Positions 20,692 through 32,273 are shown, counted from the first letter of the stretch. The stretch is 64,000 bases of DNA from Flavobacteriales bacterium (GCA_965277895.1 CBDIDR010000001.1:74-64073); one strand, 5' to 3'. Translations and numbers: made by a program. Notes: generated from the sequence alone by a model not told the origin.

Positions 20692-21918
20692 TTAACTTTC
20701 TGAATAGTTTTTCTTCTCGTAATCTAAAATCAGAAGATAATAGGTAAACACACCAAATGCATAAAGTCCTGCGGTGATGTAAAAAATATAAGCGTAGGGT
20801 AAATCCATAGCTTTCAAAAACCTAAATATCTGAGAACTAAAATACCAACTACCACTCCATATGGCAGCAGTAATCGCACTCAAAATTTCTTGATTATTTT
20901 TTCCGACATAATTCATGGTCAACTCGGAAGTCATTGGTGCTGCCATATTCATTAATGGTGTTCGTATCCAAAAACATAGAACGGCTAAGGGCAAGGCCCA
21001 CCAATACTCAACAAAAAATTCAGTTGTAGCCAAAGCCACCAAAGCAATTACTGCAATGGATTGCGTTAAGGTAATTCCCAACTTAAAACCGAGCATGTCT
21101 TTTACCTTAGGAACTAGAAGAGCCATCGTAGCGACTAACAAACTAGCTCCTCCTCCAATCAAAGCAAAGTCAGAAGAGTCCACATCAAAACTATGATAGA
21201 AAAAGAGATTTATAAAGGGTATGGTCAGACCAGCTCCAATCGAAATAATTATGGTTGGAACAATTGCTTTGGTCACTAACCACCAATCATAAGACGCCAA
21301 CCGAACACCTTTTTTATCGGCTATAACATCCTCTTCCTTGAGTTGAAATAGAAAATAAATTCCTGCTAAACCTATTACCGAAATAATTATCAATATAATT
21401 CCCTCATCAAAGTTGCTAAACATACTACCCAAAAGAAATATGATAATGCTACTGGCTATAGTACCAAAACTGTGGGTCGCATAATTTAAGGAAATAGCAT
21501 GGGACTGGTTTTCTTTTTTGGTACTCCTCATTATATAAGGCAGACTGCTCACTTGGAAACAGGTAAAGACTACTCCCCAAAAAATAAATAATGCTGGTAA
21601 AATCGAATAAAATCCTTTTGAAATAGCTAAAACCATAGTTATTGCAACAAAAGGCACTCCAAAACTACCTATTAGAAAAAAAGGCTTGAGTCGTTTTCCT
21701 TTGATATAAAATCCTAGAGGAAATGCTAAAACCATAACAGCTAAAAATCTATAGGAAATGAAGTTCGCAATCTCAGGATCAGTGAATCCCGATTTAGCAA
21801 GGTAAATATTAAGTATTAGAAAAAATGCTGCACCAATAAGCTGAATAAAAAATTCAGCTTTTATCATGAACAAAACGTGTTCTTCTAACTGGGCATATGC
21901 TTTTAAAACTTTTCTCAA
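20692..21918 (-). CDS. MFS transporter, last gene of the kynurenine operon
   Basis: 408 aa with about 12 predicted TM helices. It overlaps the kmo stop by 4 nt. Confidence 0.7.
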   Translation of the reverse strand: MRKVLKAYAQLEEHVLFMIKAEFFIQLIGAAFFLILNIYLAKSGFTDPEIANFISYRFLAVMVLAFPLGFYIKGKRLKPFFLIGSFGVPFVAITMVLAISKGFYSILPALFIFWGVVFTCFQVSSLPYIMRSTKKENQSHAISLNYATHSFGTIASSIIIFLLGSMFSNFDEGIILIIISVIGLAGIYFLFQLKEEDVIADKKGVRLASYDWWLVTKAIVPTIIISIGAGLTIPFINLFFYHSFDVDSSDFALIGGGASLLVATMALLVPKVKDMLGFKLGITLTQSIAVIALVALATTEFFVEYWWALPLAVLCFWIRTPLMNMAAPMTSELTMNYVGKNNQEILSAITAAIWSGSWYFSSQIFRFLKAMDLPYAYIFYITAGLYAFGVFTYYLLILDYEKKNYSES

Positions 21919-23252
21919 TCAATTAAGCTTAACATCTTCTCTTCCACTTCCTCACTATCCCAAATATTTTCGATGTTGGGTAAGCTCATTATTTCTTTCA
22001 TCAATTGTTCTTGATGTTGCCCTATCTTCCAAGCCTCAGAATATCTAATAGTGCTGAAAGAAACCATAGAATAGAGTGGCAACCATTTTTCAGGGTATTT
22101 ATTAGAGAAATGAAGTTCTATTTTTTTCTGCAACAAAAATTGAGGATCGGCAGTTTTGTCTCTCATCACAATAAAATTATGCATGGATAAGTCTTGCACT
22201 CCATCCCCATCAGGTTTTCTAATTTCTGAATATTCCTTAAAACAACTCATAAAGTCATCACCGTGTTTATCCATTAATTCGTCTAACACAAAACAACCTT
22301 CAAAACCAGCGTTCATACCTTGCCCATAAAAAGGAACAGTAGCATGTGCAGCATCACCAATCAACAGCACTTTATCGTCAACCACCCACGGGTCACAACG
22401 CATAATAGCAAGCGATGAGGTCGGATTGTTAAAATATTCTTCAACAAGATTAGGTATTAAATCTAGTGTATCTGGAAAAACATCTTTGAAGAAATTATAA
22501 ACCTGCTCCTCTGTTTTTAGATTTTCAAAAGAATGCTCTCCCTCAAAAGGAAAGAACAATGTACAGGTAAAACTCCCATCCATATTCGGAAGAGCAATGA
22601 GCATGTAATTTCCTCTGGGCCATATGTGTAAGGCATTTACTTCTAGTTTATGAGAATCATCCTCATTAGCTGGAATAGTTAACTCTTTGTAGCCATGCTC
22701 TATATAATGTTGTGAATATTGAAAACGGTCTTGTCTAACCATTTTAGAACGAATAACGGAATATGCACCATCGGCACCAATAATCATATTGGCATCAACT
22801 GTTTTCCTCTCTCCGCTTTTATGTTCAAAAACAGCCTCTGCAGTTTTCAAATCAACATCAACACACCTGTAATCAAAATGTAAATTGACATTTTCCTGTT
22901 CACCGGCTAAAGTCATTAGCAACTGATTCAGTCCACCTCTTGAAACCGAATATATAGCTTCGCCATCTTGTCCATAGGCTTGGTCGGTAAGCGTTCCATC
23001 CACAGCATGCATCACTCTTTTATACATCGGAATAGCCATTTTACTCACTTCGGTATCAATTCCTACTTTTTTAAGAGCATTCCATCCTCTTGCAGATAGT
23101 GCTAAATTTATTGAACGACCTGCAGCCAATTCTACCTTTCTCATATCAGGTCTACGCTCAAAAACCTCAACGTCAAATCCTTTTTTAGAGAGATAAATGG
23201 CTTCCAATGAGCCTACTAAACCAGCACCGGCAATTGTTACTTTTTTTCTCAT
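21915..23252 (-). CDS. kmo: Kynurenine 3-monooxygenase (FAD-dependent)
   Basis: N-terminal dinucleotide fold [14 protein letters not shown] and the conserved C-terminal region are typical of KMO. Confidence 0.9.
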   Translation of the reverse strand: MRKKVTIAGAGLVGSLEAIYLSKKGFDVEVFERRPDMRKVELAAGRSINLALSARGWNALKKVGIDTEVSKMAIPMYKRVMHAVDGTLTDQAYGQDGEAIYSVSRGGLNQLLMTLAGEQENVNLHFDYRCVDVDLKTAEAVFEHKSGERKTVDANMIIGADGAYSVIRSKMVRQDRFQYSQHYIEHGYKELTIPANEDDSHKLEVNALHIWPRGNYMLIALPNMDGSFTCTLFFPFEGEHSFENLKTEEQVYNFFKDVFPDTLDLIPNLVEEYFNNPTSSLAIMRCDPWVVDDKVLLIGDAAHATVPFYGQGMNAGFEGCFVLDELMDKHGDDFMSCFKEYSEIRKPDGDGVQDLSMHNFIVMRDKTADPQFLLQKKIELHFSNKYPEKWLPLYSMVSFSTIRYSEAWKIGQHQEQLMKEIMSLPNIENIWDSEEVEEKMLSLID

Positions 23253-24517
23253 GATAATGCGTTTTCTATGATTTGTCCTAATTTGAAAATATCTTCAAAA
23301 CTATTGTATAGAGGCACTGGAGCTAAGCGAATCACATTAGGTTCTCGCCAATCGGCTATAACCCCTTCTTTTGTGATATAATCGAACATTTCTTTGCCTT
23401 GTCCATGCATTAAAACTGATAACTGACACCCTCTGTAACGCTCCTCTTTTGGAGTGATGATTTCGAAATTACAGTTGTCATAACGTTCAGAAATATCATT
23501 GAAAACAAATTCCATAAAGTTGGTCAGTTTTCTACTTTTTTCAATGAGCTTTGGCAAGCCTACCTCATCAAAAATATCCATACTCGCTTTACAAGGTGCC
23601 ATGGAAAAAACCGCTGCGTTGGACAATTGCCAGCCTTGAGCTCCTTTCATGGGAACAAAGCCTTTTTCCATCAGAAAACGACGCTCCTCATCGTGTCCCC
23701 ACCAACCAGCAAAACGTGGCAAATCTTTATTATTTTCATGTTTATTATGAACAAATATTCCAGAAACACTACCTGGACCCGAGTTCAAATATTTATAAGA
23801 ACACCAACATGCAAAATCAACTCCCCAATCGTGAAGATTAAGTGAAACATTGCCTACACCATGTGCTAAATCAAAGCCAACAAAAGCCCCAACTTCTTTA
23901 GCTACCTCTGTAATCTTTGGCATGTCAAAAACCTGTCCCGTGTAGTAATTAACCCCACCCCAAAACACCAAGGCGAGCTCATCACCAACTTCTTCTATAC
24001 ACGATAGAATATCTTCCTCTCTTATGCAATACTCTCCTTCTCTTGGACTAACTTCTATAATTGTTTCTTCAGGATTTAAGCCATGAAATTTAACTTGACT
24101 TTCAAGCATGTATTGATCAGATGGAAAAGCCTTAGCTTCACATATAATCTTAGTACGTTTTCCTTTTGGTTGATAAAAGGATACCATCATTAGGTGTAGA
24201 TTAACACTCAAACCATTCATAGCAACTACTTCATCAGGCTGAGCACCAACAAGCCTTGCAAAAGGCTCACTCAAAATTTTATGGTATGAGACCCACGGAT
24301 TTTTAGCTTCAAAATGACCTTCTACACCAAATTTGGCCCAATCGTCTAGCTCTTGCATCAAATGAGATTTAACAGTTTTAGGCTGCAAGCCCAATGAGTT
24401 ACCAGTAAAATAAAGGGCATCTTTACCATTGACAGTTGGAATATGAAACCTCTGTCTGTAATCAGATAATTCATCTGATTTATCAAATTGTAAAGCAAAT
24501 TCTAAGGAGTTTTGCAT
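23249..24517 (-). CDS. kynU: Kynureninase (PLP-dependent)
   Basis: [12 protein letters not shown] near the N-terminus and the PLP-lysine context [11 protein letters not shown]. Confidence 0.92.
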   Translation of the reverse strand: MQNSLEFALQFDKSDELSDYRQRFHIPTVNGKDALYFTGNSLGLQPKTVKSHLMQELDDWAKFGVEGHFEAKNPWVSYHKILSEPFARLVGAQPDEVVAMNGLSVNLHLMMVSFYQPKGKRTKIICEAKAFPSDQYMLESQVKFHGLNPEETIIEVSPREGEYCIREEDILSCIEEVGDELALVFWGGVNYYTGQVFDMPKITEVAKEVGAFVGFDLAHGVGNVSLNLHDWGVDFACWCSYKYLNSGPGSVSGIFVHNKHENNKDLPRFAGWWGHDEERRFLMEKGFVPMKGAQGWQLSNAAVFSMAPCKASMDIFDEVGLPKLIEKSRKLTNFMEFVFNDISERYDNCNFEIITPKEERYRGCQLSVLMHGQGKEMFDYITKEGVIADWREPNVIRLAPVPLYNSFEDIFKLGQIIENALS

Positions 24518-24526
24518 AGCATAAAA

Positions 24527-25393
24527 TTAGGGTACGAAGATACCAAAAGCCATTGGGATAATAAAAAGAAGTAAATACATTAATAAACTACTTGCTTCCA
24601 TCCAAAAGGTATAGAAGGTTTCATTCTTTTCTTCATTTGTTTTGTAAATCAAAACACCAACATAAAGAGATGTTAAAAGTAAGGCTATCAATAATAGCAC
24701 CGAAAAATCTACAAACAGAAAATGTGCGATAGATAATAATTCATAGAACGCCAAAAACCATAAAGCAAGCCATTTGGATTTTTCTACGCCAAATAGCTGA
24801 GGAATTGTTTTCATAGACTGCTTATCATATTTCAAATCACGGATATCAAAAGGTATAGTTATTGATAACACAAAAAAGAATCTACTTGCCATTAACAAAC
24901 AAACCTCAGTGGAAAAAGAAGTATCGCTTTCGCTTACAACTAAACCTACACTGACAATTGTCCAAACCACTACAATTAAAAAGATTTTAAGCCCAGGAAT
25001 TTCCCTTAGGATTATCCTACGCCCAAAAAAGGTATAGGTGAGGGGATATAGCAATGTTATAAATACCGCAGGGACTAAAAGATATAAAGATTGAAGTGAA
25101 AGAGAGAATGAAAAATATAGTGTAAGCACAAATGACAATACTGAGATAATCTTCAACAATCCTTCCCGTTGTTTTAGCCATTGTAATTGACCAAATCCAC
25201 TTTCGGAAGATTTAAATCTTACATATCTCTGAAAGTTGTAGCTGAATAATGAAGAGAAAAATACAAAGGGTAATATGTGAGTGATATCTACATTTAGAAG
25301 AATTGCGGAGCTTTGGCAAAGGGCTACTACGCAGGCTGAAATAAATAGATTACTGATTAGAAAAAAGTCATTCAATTTTTTTAGCCAAGACAT
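24527..25393 (-). CDS. Polytopic membrane protein, UbiA-prenyltransferase-like with a degenerate first Asp-rich motif
   Basis: 288 aa with about 8 TM helices. The Asp-rich loop FDIRDLKYD...TIPQLFG resembles a UbiA motif, but the N-proximal position reads YNFQRYVRF rather than NDxxDxxxD. Confidence 0.4.
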   Translation of the reverse strand: MSWLKKLNDFFLISNLFISACVVALCQSSAILLNVDITHILPFVFFSSLFSYNFQRYVRFKSSESGFGQLQWLKQREGLLKIISVLSFVLTLYFSFSLSLQSLYLLVPAVFITLLYPLTYTFFGRRIILREIPGLKIFLIVVVWTIVSVGLVVSESDTSFSTEVCLLMASRFFFVLSITIPFDIRDLKYDKQSMKTIPQLFGVEKSKWLALWFLAFYELLSIAHFLFVDFSVLLLIALLLTSLYVGVLIYKTNEEKNETFYTFWMEASSLLMYLLLFIIPMAFGIFVP

Positions 25394-25438
25394 TTATCAA
25401 AAATATAAAATAGTAGCTTAGTTTACAGTGTCATTTTA

Positions 25439-25446
25439 TATTTTTG
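25439..25446 (+). promoter_or_regulatory. Candidate -7 box (TAnnTTTG) for gcvP
   Basis: TATTTTTG lies 20 nt upstream of the ATG at 25467. Confidence 0.4.
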
Positions 25447-25466
25447 TACCAGCAAATATTTTATCG

Positions 25467-28349
25467 ATGAATCAATTTTCTGAACGACACATAGGTCCTA
25501 ACTCAAGCGACCAAGAATCAATGTTAAACTCGATAGGAGTTAATACTATTGAGGAACTTATTGAGCAAACTATTCCAAACTCAATCCGACTAAATGAAAA
25601 GATGGATTTGCCAGACGCTATGAGTGAATCTGAGCTTTTGGACCATATGAAGTCATTGGGTCGAAAAAATAAAAATTACCGCTCGTATATCGGTTTAGGC
25701 TATTACAACACCATCTTACCTGGTGTAATACAAAGAAATATTCTGGAAAATCCGGGTTGGTACACTGCCTATACACCTTATCAGGCAGAAATTGCACAAG
25801 GTAGACTAGAAGCCTTATTGAATTACCAAACTATGGTCACTGATTTAACGGCTATGGAAATTGCTAACGCTTCTCTATTAGATGAAGGAACTGCAGCTGC
25901 CGAGGCTATGCTTATGCTATACAATGCACGACCAAGAGAGAAGAAAAAGTCCAACGCAAATGTGTTCTTAGTTTCTAAAGACTGTTTGCCTCAAACAATT
26001 GACGTTCTAAAAACCCGCTCCAACCCTATTGGCATTGAACTCATTATTTCTGACCATAGTGAATTTGATTTTTCAAGAGAAGATGTTTTTGGCATGCTCG
26101 TTCAATACCCTTGTAAACACGGTAACATAGAAAACTATAAAGTACTAGCAAAAGACGCAAAAAATAATGAAGTTGGCGTAGCGGTTGCTGCTGACTTATT
26201 GAGCCTAACGCTACTAACTCCTCCGGGCGAATGGGATGCAGACGTTGTCGTTGGAACCACACAACGTTTTGGAATTCCAATGGGCTATGGAGGTCCTCAT
26301 GCGGCATACTTCGCAACAAAAGAAAAATACAAAAGAAATATTCCTGGAAGAATTATTGGAGTTACAATAGATGCTGAAGGAAACAGAGCCCTAAGAATGG
26401 CTCTTCAAACTAGAGAGCAACACATTAAAAGAGAACGTGCGACATCAAATATTTGTACAGCACAAGTTTTACTTTCTGTGATGGCAGGAATGTATGGGGT
26501 TTATCACGGACCAAAGCGATTAAAAAATATTGCTCGTAAGATTCATCACCTAAGTTGTATTCTATCTGACGGACTTACTGACTTAGGCTACAAGCAGCTT
26601 AACAAAAACTATTTCGACACTCTACTAGTTGATGTTCAAAATGTATCTATGGAGACCTTAAAGGTATTTGCCGAAGATGCCAAGATGAATTTCAATTACA
26701 TAGACGATAAGCATCTTTCTATTTCCATTGATGAAAAAGATAGCCTCAAAAACATAAACGATATTCTAGGTGTTTTTGCAAAAAGCTGTAACCATTCAGA
26801 CCCAAGTGAATTAATTAACAAGGTCTTAAACGGCAATTATACCGATGCAAACGCTTTTATCCCCACTGAACTTTACAGAGAAAGTGACTTCCTTCAACAC
26901 GAAGTTTTCAACTCTTTCCACAGTGAAACGGATATGATGCGATACATCAAGCGTCTAGAAAATAAAGACTTAGCACTCAATCATTCCATGATACCATTGG
27001 GTTCATGTACTATGAAATTAAATGCTGCCTCAGAACTCTTCCCTTTAAGTTGGGTTGAATTCAGTAACATTCACCCTTTTGCACCAATCAATCAGGCAAG
27101 AGGCTATCATATTATGTTTCACGAATTAGAAGAGTCTTTGTGTGAAATTACTGGTTTTGCAGGAATGTCCTTACAACCAAATTCAGGGGCTCAAGGTGAA
27201 TATGCTGGACTAATGGTAATTCGAGCGTATCATAAAAGCAGAAAAGAATCACACAGAAATATTTGCTTGATTCCTTCATCCGCACACGGCACTAATCCTG
27301 CTTCTGCAACAATGGCAGGAATGAAAGTAGTCGTTACAAAATGTGACGAAATGGGAAATATTGATCTCTTCGATTTAAAAGAGAAAGCTGAAGCTCATAG
27401 TGATAATCTAGCAGCCTTGATGATAACATACCCTTCAACTCATGGTGTATTTGAAGAAAGTGTTATGGAAGTTACTGAAATAATACACAAGCATGGTGGT
27501 CAAGTATATATGGATGGAGCAAATATGAATGCACAGGTAGGCTTGACTAATCCAGCAAAAATTGGAGCCGATGTATGCCATCTTAATTTACACAAAACCT
27601 TTGCCATTCCTCATGGCGGTGGAGGACCTGGAATGGGTCCAATTGGCGTTGTTGAACACCTCAAGCCCTTTTTGCCAAGTAACCCATTGATTCAAACAGG
27701 TGGTGAACAAGCTATTACCTCTATTTCTGCAGCTCCTTGGGGCTCTTCATTGGTGCTATGTATTTCTTATGCCTACATAAAAATGTTAGGTGAGGAAGGC
27801 TTAACAAAATCTACAGAAGTAGCTATTCTAAACGCAAACTATATTAAGGAACAGCTAAAAGAACAGTATACTATTCTTTATTCTAATGAAAAAGGTAGGG
27901 TAGCTCATGAAATGATTCTAGACTGTCGACCATTCAAAGAAATTGGGATAGAAGTTACTGATATCGCAAAACGATTAATGGATTATGGCTTTCATGCACC
28001 TACAGTATCATTTCCAGTTGCTGGAACACTTATGGTAGAGCCAACTGAAAGTGAAAGTGTTGAAGAATTAAATCGTTTTATTCTTGCTATGACCTCCATT
28101 CGAAATGAAATAAACGCTATAGCAAACGGTGATTTTGATGAAAGTGATAATCTACTTAAAAACGCTCCACATACCATCAATTTAATTGCTTCAGATAACT
28201 GGACAAAACCCTATTCCAGACAAGCTGCGGCTTTCCCTACTGAATATGTTTCAAAAAACAAATTTTGGCCTAGCGTAAGTAGAGTTGACGATGCTTATGG
28301 CGACAGAAATCTTGTTTGTTCTTGCGTCTCAATTGAAAATTACGTTTAA
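25467..28349 (+). CDS. gcvP: Glycine dehydrogenase (decarboxylating), single-chain P protein
   Basis: It starts [12 protein letters not shown] and has the PLP-lysine motif [18 protein letters not shown]. The GTG at 25428 is rejected as an N-terminal extension. Confidence 0.97.
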   Translation: MNQFSERHIGPNSSDQESMLNSIGVNTIEELIEQTIPNSIRLNEKMDLPDAMSESELLDHMKSLGRKNKNYRSYIGLGYYNTILPGVIQRNILENPGWYTAYTPYQAEIAQGRLEALLNYQTMVTDLTAMEIANASLLDEGTAAAEAMLMLYNARPREKKKSNANVFLVSKDCLPQTIDVLKTRSNPIGIELIISDHSEFDFSREDVFGMLVQYPCKHGNIENYKVLAKDAKNNEVGVAVAADLLSLTLLTPPGEWDADVVVGTTQRFGIPMGYGGPHAAYFATKEKYKRNIPGRIIGVTIDAEGNRALRMALQTREQHIKRERATSNICTAQVLLSVMAGMYGVYHGPKRLKNIARKIHHLSCILSDGLTDLGYKQLNKNYFDTLLVDVQNVSMETLKVFAEDAKMNFNYIDDKHLSISIDEKDSLKNINDILGVFAKSCNHSDPSELINKVLNGNYTDANAFIPTELYRESDFLQHEVFNSFHSETDMMRYIKRLENKDLALNHSMIPLGSCTMKLNAASELFPLSWVEFSNIHPFAPINQARGYHIMFHELEESLCEITGFAGMSLQPNSGAQGEYAGLMVIRAYHKSRKESHRNICLIPSSAHGTNPASATMAGMKVVVTKCDEMGNIDLFDLKEKAEAHSDNLAALMITYPSTHGVFEESVMEVTEIIHKHGGQVYMDGANMNAQVGLTNPAKIGADVCHLNLHKTFAIPHGGGGPGMGPIGVVEHLKPFLPSNPLIQTGGEQAITSISAAPWGSSLVLCISYAYIKMLGEEGLTKSTEVAILNANYIKEQLKEQYTILYSNEKGRVAHEMILDCRPFKEIGIEVTDIAKRLMDYGFHAPTVSFPVAGTLMVEPTESESVEELNRFILAMTSIRNEINAIANGDFDESDNLLKNAPHTINLIASDNWTKPYSRQAAAFPTEYVSKNKFWPSVSRVDDAYGDRNLVCSCVSIENYV

Positions 28350-28449
28350 TAGACTATAAAATAATAAAAAATACTTGTAAATTAAGTTAGGATTTTTTCT
28401 AAAAAGGCTGTAAATTCGCTAACACTTAACCGAAAATTAACAAGTACAA

Positions 28450-30321
28450 ATGAAAACATTTTATTCAGTATTATGCTCATTTTTGATTGTTGGAAGCGTT
28501 TTTGCCCAAGGCGTGAACTCTCAAGAATTAAAAATAGCACCAAAAAAAGTTATTGATTCTACTATTCCAAAAGTAATTTCTAACACTCCAGAGCTAAGGT
28601 CCGCTTCTGACTGTGACCCAGCTTATTTTTATTGTGAAAATTTTGAAGACGTAAGCATTCCTAACTTACCTGCCGACATGAGCACTTCAAGTCTTGAAGA
28701 AAACTATTACATTCCTGTTGATGGAAATAATGTGCAAGTTCAAGGATTTTTTACTGGTACCAGCGAAGACGCAGGTGCGGGTGGCTATTGGACATACCTA
28801 GATGAACATACTACATTTGCAATGACAAATGATGATTCTTGTTTACCAGGAGGAGCTACACCTGGTGAAAATAATAATTGTGATCTTACTCTTGAAATTC
28901 TTGAGCTTCCTTCTCTAAACTTTGCCGAAGGAGATTCAGGAATGTGGTTACAATTTGAGTTTTATCATGACAAAAACTGGGGCGGTGGTGATGCATACGT
29001 TGAAATCAGCACTGACGGTGGAGATAACTTCTCTGATTTGAGTGGTCCACTTCCAGAAACTCAAGCATGGCAATCCGGCGCTTTCAATCTAAGTGAATAC
29101 TATGCAGATACAAATGTTGTTATCCGATTCACTTGGTCCGACAATGGAAGTTGGGCGAGTGGTCTTGCAATTGATGACATCATAGTTAATCCTCTACCTG
29201 AGTATGCTATGAAACTTAACGAACATCTACAGCTTTTCCCAAGTGCATACTTTGGAGGAACAACTTACCAAACTGTACCGGTAGAACAATCAGCTTCAAC
29301 GGCTTATAATTTTGCAGGATATGTTAAAAACATGGGTCTTAATACTTTAGACAGTGCAAGACTATACTCTTCAATTGCTTCTGAAGGATTTAGTTCAGAA
29401 AGTTTTGCTGAAAATACAGCTTCATTATTAGTGGATTCTTTCTACTGTAATGATGTATTTACAGCTACTGCTAACGGTACTTACGAAGCTGAAATTTATG
29501 CTTCTGATGAAAATGGTACTGTGACAGAAACAAAAACTGTACAATTCAATGTATCTGATTACGAATACGCTAGAGATGACGCTGATTTTACTGGCGGATA
29601 CAGTGGCGGTTCATATGTAAACAATGATGGTACAGAGCAAAGAGGTAACATTTATGACATATACAAAGAAGCAATGGTATATGGTATCAAAGTAAGAATT
29701 CACCCAGCAACATCACCTGGCTGTATGGCTAAAGGTGTTCTGAACATGGTGGATGTAGAAACAGGAGACGTTTCTTACTTAACTGAAACAGCTGAAATGA
29801 ACGTTGGCTCAATGACTGACGACTGGATGAATTTTGTTTTTGATGTGCCAGTTCAATTAATGGCTGGAGATGTTGTATTACCAACAATTTACGCTAATTA
29901 CGATGCTGTTGACACCTTAGTAATTGCACAAACTGGTAACTCTCAACCAGGCGAAACTCTCTTACAAGATATCGATGGTGTGAGTGGCGATCCAGGCGAG
30001 TGGTATTATACTACTTCAACAGCTATGGTAAGATTGAACTTTGACCCAACATTAACTCCTCCAGCATCAGTAAACGAGGAAAACGTAATCAAATTCAATG
30101 TTTACCCTAATCCAAACAACGGAATATTTAATATCTCTGCTGCATCTAACGAAAAGCAAGAAATTGAAGTTCAAAACGTACTAGGTCAAGTTGTTTATAA
30201 CCAAGCTTTAAATAATTGTAATACTCAAATTGACTTATCAAATTACGATAAAGGAGTTTATACTATTTCAGTAACTAATGAAAATGGATTAAGCTCTTCT
30301 AAAAAGATAATTATTCAATAA
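28450..30321 (+). CDS. Secreted T9SS cargo protein A (N-terminal MAM/choice-of-anchor-J-like domain, C-terminal Por sorting domain)
   Basis: Signal peptide ending VFA-QG. The C-terminal sorting domain reads FNVYPNPNNGIFNI...GVYTISVTNENGLSSSKKIIIQ. Confidence 0.8.
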   Translation: MKTFYSVLCSFLIVGSVFAQGVNSQELKIAPKKVIDSTIPKVISNTPELRSASDCDPAYFYCENFEDVSIPNLPADMSTSSLEENYYIPVDGNNVQVQGFFTGTSEDAGAGGYWTYLDEHTTFAMTNDDSCLPGGATPGENNNCDLTLEILELPSLNFAEGDSGMWLQFEFYHDKNWGGGDAYVEISTDGGDNFSDLSGPLPETQAWQSGAFNLSEYYADTNVVIRFTWSDNGSWASGLAIDDIIVNPLPEYAMKLNEHLQLFPSAYFGGTTYQTVPVEQSASTAYNFAGYVKNMGLNTLDSARLYSSIASEGFSSESFAENTASLLVDSFYCNDVFTATANGTYEAEIYASDENGTVTETKTVQFNVSDYEYARDDADFTGGYSGGSYVNNDGTEQRGNIYDIYKEAMVYGIKVRIHPATSPGCMAKGVLNMVDVETGDVSYLTETAEMNVGSMTDDWMNFVFDVPVQLMAGDVVLPTIYANYDAVDTLVIAQTGNSQPGETLLQDIDGVSGDPGEWYYTTSTAMVRLNFDPTLTPPASVNEENVIKFNVYPNPNNGIFNISAASNEKQEIEVQNVLGQVVYNQALNNCNTQIDLSNYDKGVYTISVTNENGLSSSKKIIIQ

Positions 30322-30345
30322 TTATATACTTAACCTTAACAACAA

Positions 30346-30373
30346 AAAAAGCAGACTAACCTCTGCTTTTTTT
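30346..30373 (+). terminator. Rho-independent terminator after T9SS cargo A
   Basis: The stem aaaaagcaga/tctgcttttt has a 6-nt loop and runs into a T tract. Confidence 0.6.
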
Positions 30374-30390
30374 AATTAAATCAAATAATT

Positions 30391-32268
30391 ATGAAGCAAA
30401 TTTTACTGTTTTTTGTAACTACAACATTCTGTTTGTCGGCATATTCTCAGCACAAAACAAACAGTATAGTTAACACTCCAAAAAAAATCAACACCTTTAA
30501 TCAGTTCAAATCTGCGGTCAATACTGTAGTTGACAGTGCTGATATAATTTGGTATGAGAATTTCAGAGAAGGGCTTGATGGAAATAATAACTCCATAGAC
30601 CCAACTTGGACAACTCAAGGGCCTGACGGTGCAGTTTGGGAATATGATACTGACGGTTCTAATGGCGATTATGCTGGCAATGAACCTTACTTATTAGAAT
30701 CTGAATCTGCGGATAATGGATGGATGATTTTTGATGCAGATGGCTCCAATGCTGGACTGCCAACCGCTGCATACTCAAACCGTAAAGGTTCATTGATATC
30801 ACCTTACATAGATTTATCAAACGACTCAAACGTAACGCTGTCATTTGAGCATGCATACAGATGGTGCTGCTCTGGATCTCATGAACTTACCGTCTTTATT
30901 AATAATGGTAGCGGTTGGTTAGCTGCCAACAGTTTTCAAGTGAATGATTTAGGCTCGGTAAATGTTTTATCAGGAACTGTTAACGTTGAAATCATTATTA
31001 CTGAAATGGCTGCACTGAATGACAGTGTTCAAATTCGTTTCGACTGGGCTAATGATGCTGAAACTGCTTCACACTATTTTTGGATGATTGATGATGTTAA
31101 AATCATCAAAACCCAACCCTATTCGTCAAATATTTTGACTAGCTATAACAGAGTACCAAGTACGTATTTTGGCGGAACATCTTACAGAGTAATGCCATTT
31201 GAGCAAATCTCACAAACTGCTTATTTTTTCGGTGGAATATTAGAGAATGTAGGATATAACACTATTGATAGTATAAGAATTGATGCCTCTATAAATTCAG
31301 AAGGCTTCAATACTGAAAGCTATGGCTACACTATTGAGTCTGGTAGTAGAGATACTATGTTTGTAAACGATGGTTTTACGCCTCCAGATACGGGAGTTTA
31401 CTTTGGGTCTATTACAGGTAAAGACGACAATAACTACATAACGACTGATACACTAACGCAAAGGTTCCAAGTTACAGAATATGTTTACGCCAGAGATAAT
31501 GGCAACAATGTAGTTAACTTTGGAAGGTTTGGAATTAATGGAGACGGAAATAGACAGTATGGAAATGTTTTTGACATTTACAAAACGTCAACCGCCTATG
31601 CCGTTACCCTTAGGTTAAGTGAGCGAACTACGGCTACGGCTACAGGAAAAATTGTTATCAATACAATTGACCCAAATACTGGTGAAGTGAGTTATCTCAC
31701 CGAAACTGAAGTATTAGACTTAGGTTCACAAACCGAAGAATGGTTTGATATTGTTTTAGATCCTCCAGTACTTCTGGACGCTGGCCAAGTGGTTCTTCCA
31801 ACTTTATATGCTGAATACAACAGTACGGATACAGTATACATTAGTACTTCAGGAAGCAATCCTAATAATGGTGAAAGCCTAGTTCAAGATATTGATGGTA
31901 TTCAAGAGGGTGTAGACCCTGGAGCTTGGCTATACACCACCTTCGCCCCTTGCTTAAGACTAAACTTTGATCCAAGTGTTATAGGAATTAATACAAATGT
32001 AAATGAGCGAGATAATAATCTGAATTTTGCAGTTTATCCAAATCCTAACAAAGGCGTATTTAAAGTACATTTTGATATTAAAAATAGAAACAAACTTGTA
32101 CTAGAAGTAAAAAGCATTTTAGGAAAGTCTGTTTATAAAGAGGAAATAAATAACTCAGGAATGATTAATAAATCACTTGATTTGAGTTATCTCAGAAAAG
32201 GTATTTATTTCATTTCAATAACGGATGATTCAAACTCTATTTCCACTAAAAAGATTACTATTCAATAA
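30391..32268 (+). CDS. Secreted T9SS cargo protein B (paralog of A)
   Basis: Signal peptide ending AYS-QH. It is colinear with A through conserved blocks, and its C-terminal domain reads FAVYPNPNKGVFKV...GIYFISITDDSNSISTKKITIQ. Confidence 0.8.
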   Translation: MKQILLFFVTTTFCLSAYSQHKTNSIVNTPKKINTFNQFKSAVNTVVDSADIIWYENFREGLDGNNNSIDPTWTTQGPDGAVWEYDTDGSNGDYAGNEPYLLESESADNGWMIFDADGSNAGLPTAAYSNRKGSLISPYIDLSNDSNVTLSFEHAYRWCCSGSHELTVFINNGSGWLAANSFQVNDLGSVNVLSGTVNVEIIITEMAALNDSVQIRFDWANDAETASHYFWMIDDVKIIKTQPYSSNILTSYNRVPSTYFGGTSYRVMPFEQISQTAYFFGGILENVGYNTIDSIRIDASINSEGFNTESYGYTIESGSRDTMFVNDGFTPPDTGVYFGSITGKDDNNYITTDTLTQRFQVTEYVYARDNGNNVVNFGRFGINGDGNRQYGNVFDIYKTSTAYAVTLRLSERTTATATGKIVINTIDPNTGEVSYLTETEVLDLGSQTEEWFDIVLDPPVLLDAGQVVLPTLYAEYNSTDTVYISTSGSNPNNGESLVQDIDGIQEGVDPGAWLYTTFAPCLRLNFDPSVIGINTNVNERDNNLNFAVYPNPNKGVFKVHFDIKNRNKLVLEVKSILGKSVYKEEINNSGMINKSLDLSYLRKGIYFISITDDSNSISTKKITIQ

Positions 32269-32273
32269 CCTTT

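Noticed and set aside
25394-25466. Possible glycine riboswitch upstream of gcvP
   Set aside because: The whole leader is only about 73 nt, and part of it is promoter. That leaves no room for a glycine aptamer, and I could not find the conserved aptamer core.
28411-28418. TAAATTCG near-match to the -7 box upstream of T9SS cargo A
   Set aside because: It has a mismatch at a conserved T of the TTTG core, so I did not report it as a promoter.
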